64,000 nucleotides of DNA from the human T2T-CHM13v2.0 reference genome, Homo sapiens. Numbering within the stretch: the stretch's first letter is position 1; the number at the start of each line of letters is the position of its first letter. This document shows, piece by piece, positions 63,557 through 64,000 of the stretch. The DNA lies in NCBI RefSeq assembly GCF_009914755.1, contig NC_060930.1; one strand, 5' to 3'. Under the pieces are notes generated by a model that was given only the letters and a program-made list of their open reading frames with translations, was not told the origin of the DNA and did not search any database. The position numbers and the translations under genes were made by a program.

Positions 63557-63987
63557 TGTTAAAAGAAAAACTTCAGCTGAATTAAATTTAAAGGAGTTTA
63601 ATTGAGCAATGAACAATTCATGAGTCAGGCAGCCCCCAGAATCACAGCAGGTTTAGAGAGACTCCAGGGATGCCTCATGGTAGGAACAAATTTAGAGACA
63701 AAGAAAGGGAAGTGATGTATAAAAATCGGAAGTGATGTATAGAACAGCTGGATTGGTTACAGGTTGATGTTTGCCTTATTTGAACACAATTTGAACACTT
63801 AGCAGTCTACGAGTGATTGAAGTATGGCTGTTGGGATGGGCCAAGACTCAGCTATTGTTACAGGCACATACTCCTAAATTAGGTTTTCAGTCTTGTCTGC
63901 TTATTAAGCTAGGTGACAGTTCATCCACAAGGACTCAAATATACAAGTATGGAGTCCTTCTCAGGCCCTATTTAGTTTGCTTTAACA
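63557..63987 (-). mobile_element. ERV1 solo LTR (MER57A/B-like)
   Basis: TGTTAA..TTAACA termini. The minus strand reads tgttaaagcaaactaaata..gcctgagaaggactcc. Confidence 0.8.
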
Positions 63988-64000
63988 CGCCTTAACAAAA

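Overview
Primate genomic DNA, almost certainly human. The exons match SASH1 as I recall it (chr6q24). Bases 1-~18.3 kb hold the 3' end of SASH1 on the + strand: six coding exons (66-275, 1046-1196, 6727-6840, 9962-11100, 12297-12428, 14577-14840) with consistent GT-AG phases. They encode the end of the SH3 domain, SAM1, the Pro-rich linker and SAM2, followed by a ~3.5 kb 3' UTR. The remaining ~45 kb is intergenic and repeat-rich (Alu, L1, MaLR/ERVL/ERV1 LTRs, Tigger and hAT DNA transposons, often nested), with an orphan CpG island carrying a strong CTCF motif at ~26.2 kb. There are no prokaryotic features and I see no new protein-coding system. The most unusual structures are: (1) a ~520-bp inverted duplication of apparently unique DNA (32158-32679 / 35071-35594), whose derived copy sits inside the TA microsatellite of an MLT2 LTR next to a perfect 24-bp palindrome, and whose source copy overlaps a well-formed cryptic exon; (2) a 132-bp tandem duplication that copies a SASH1 splice donor; (3) several predicted routes to C-terminally truncated SASH1 isoforms. 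Repeat family names come from recalled consensus sequences, and repeat boundaries are approximate unless TSDs are given.
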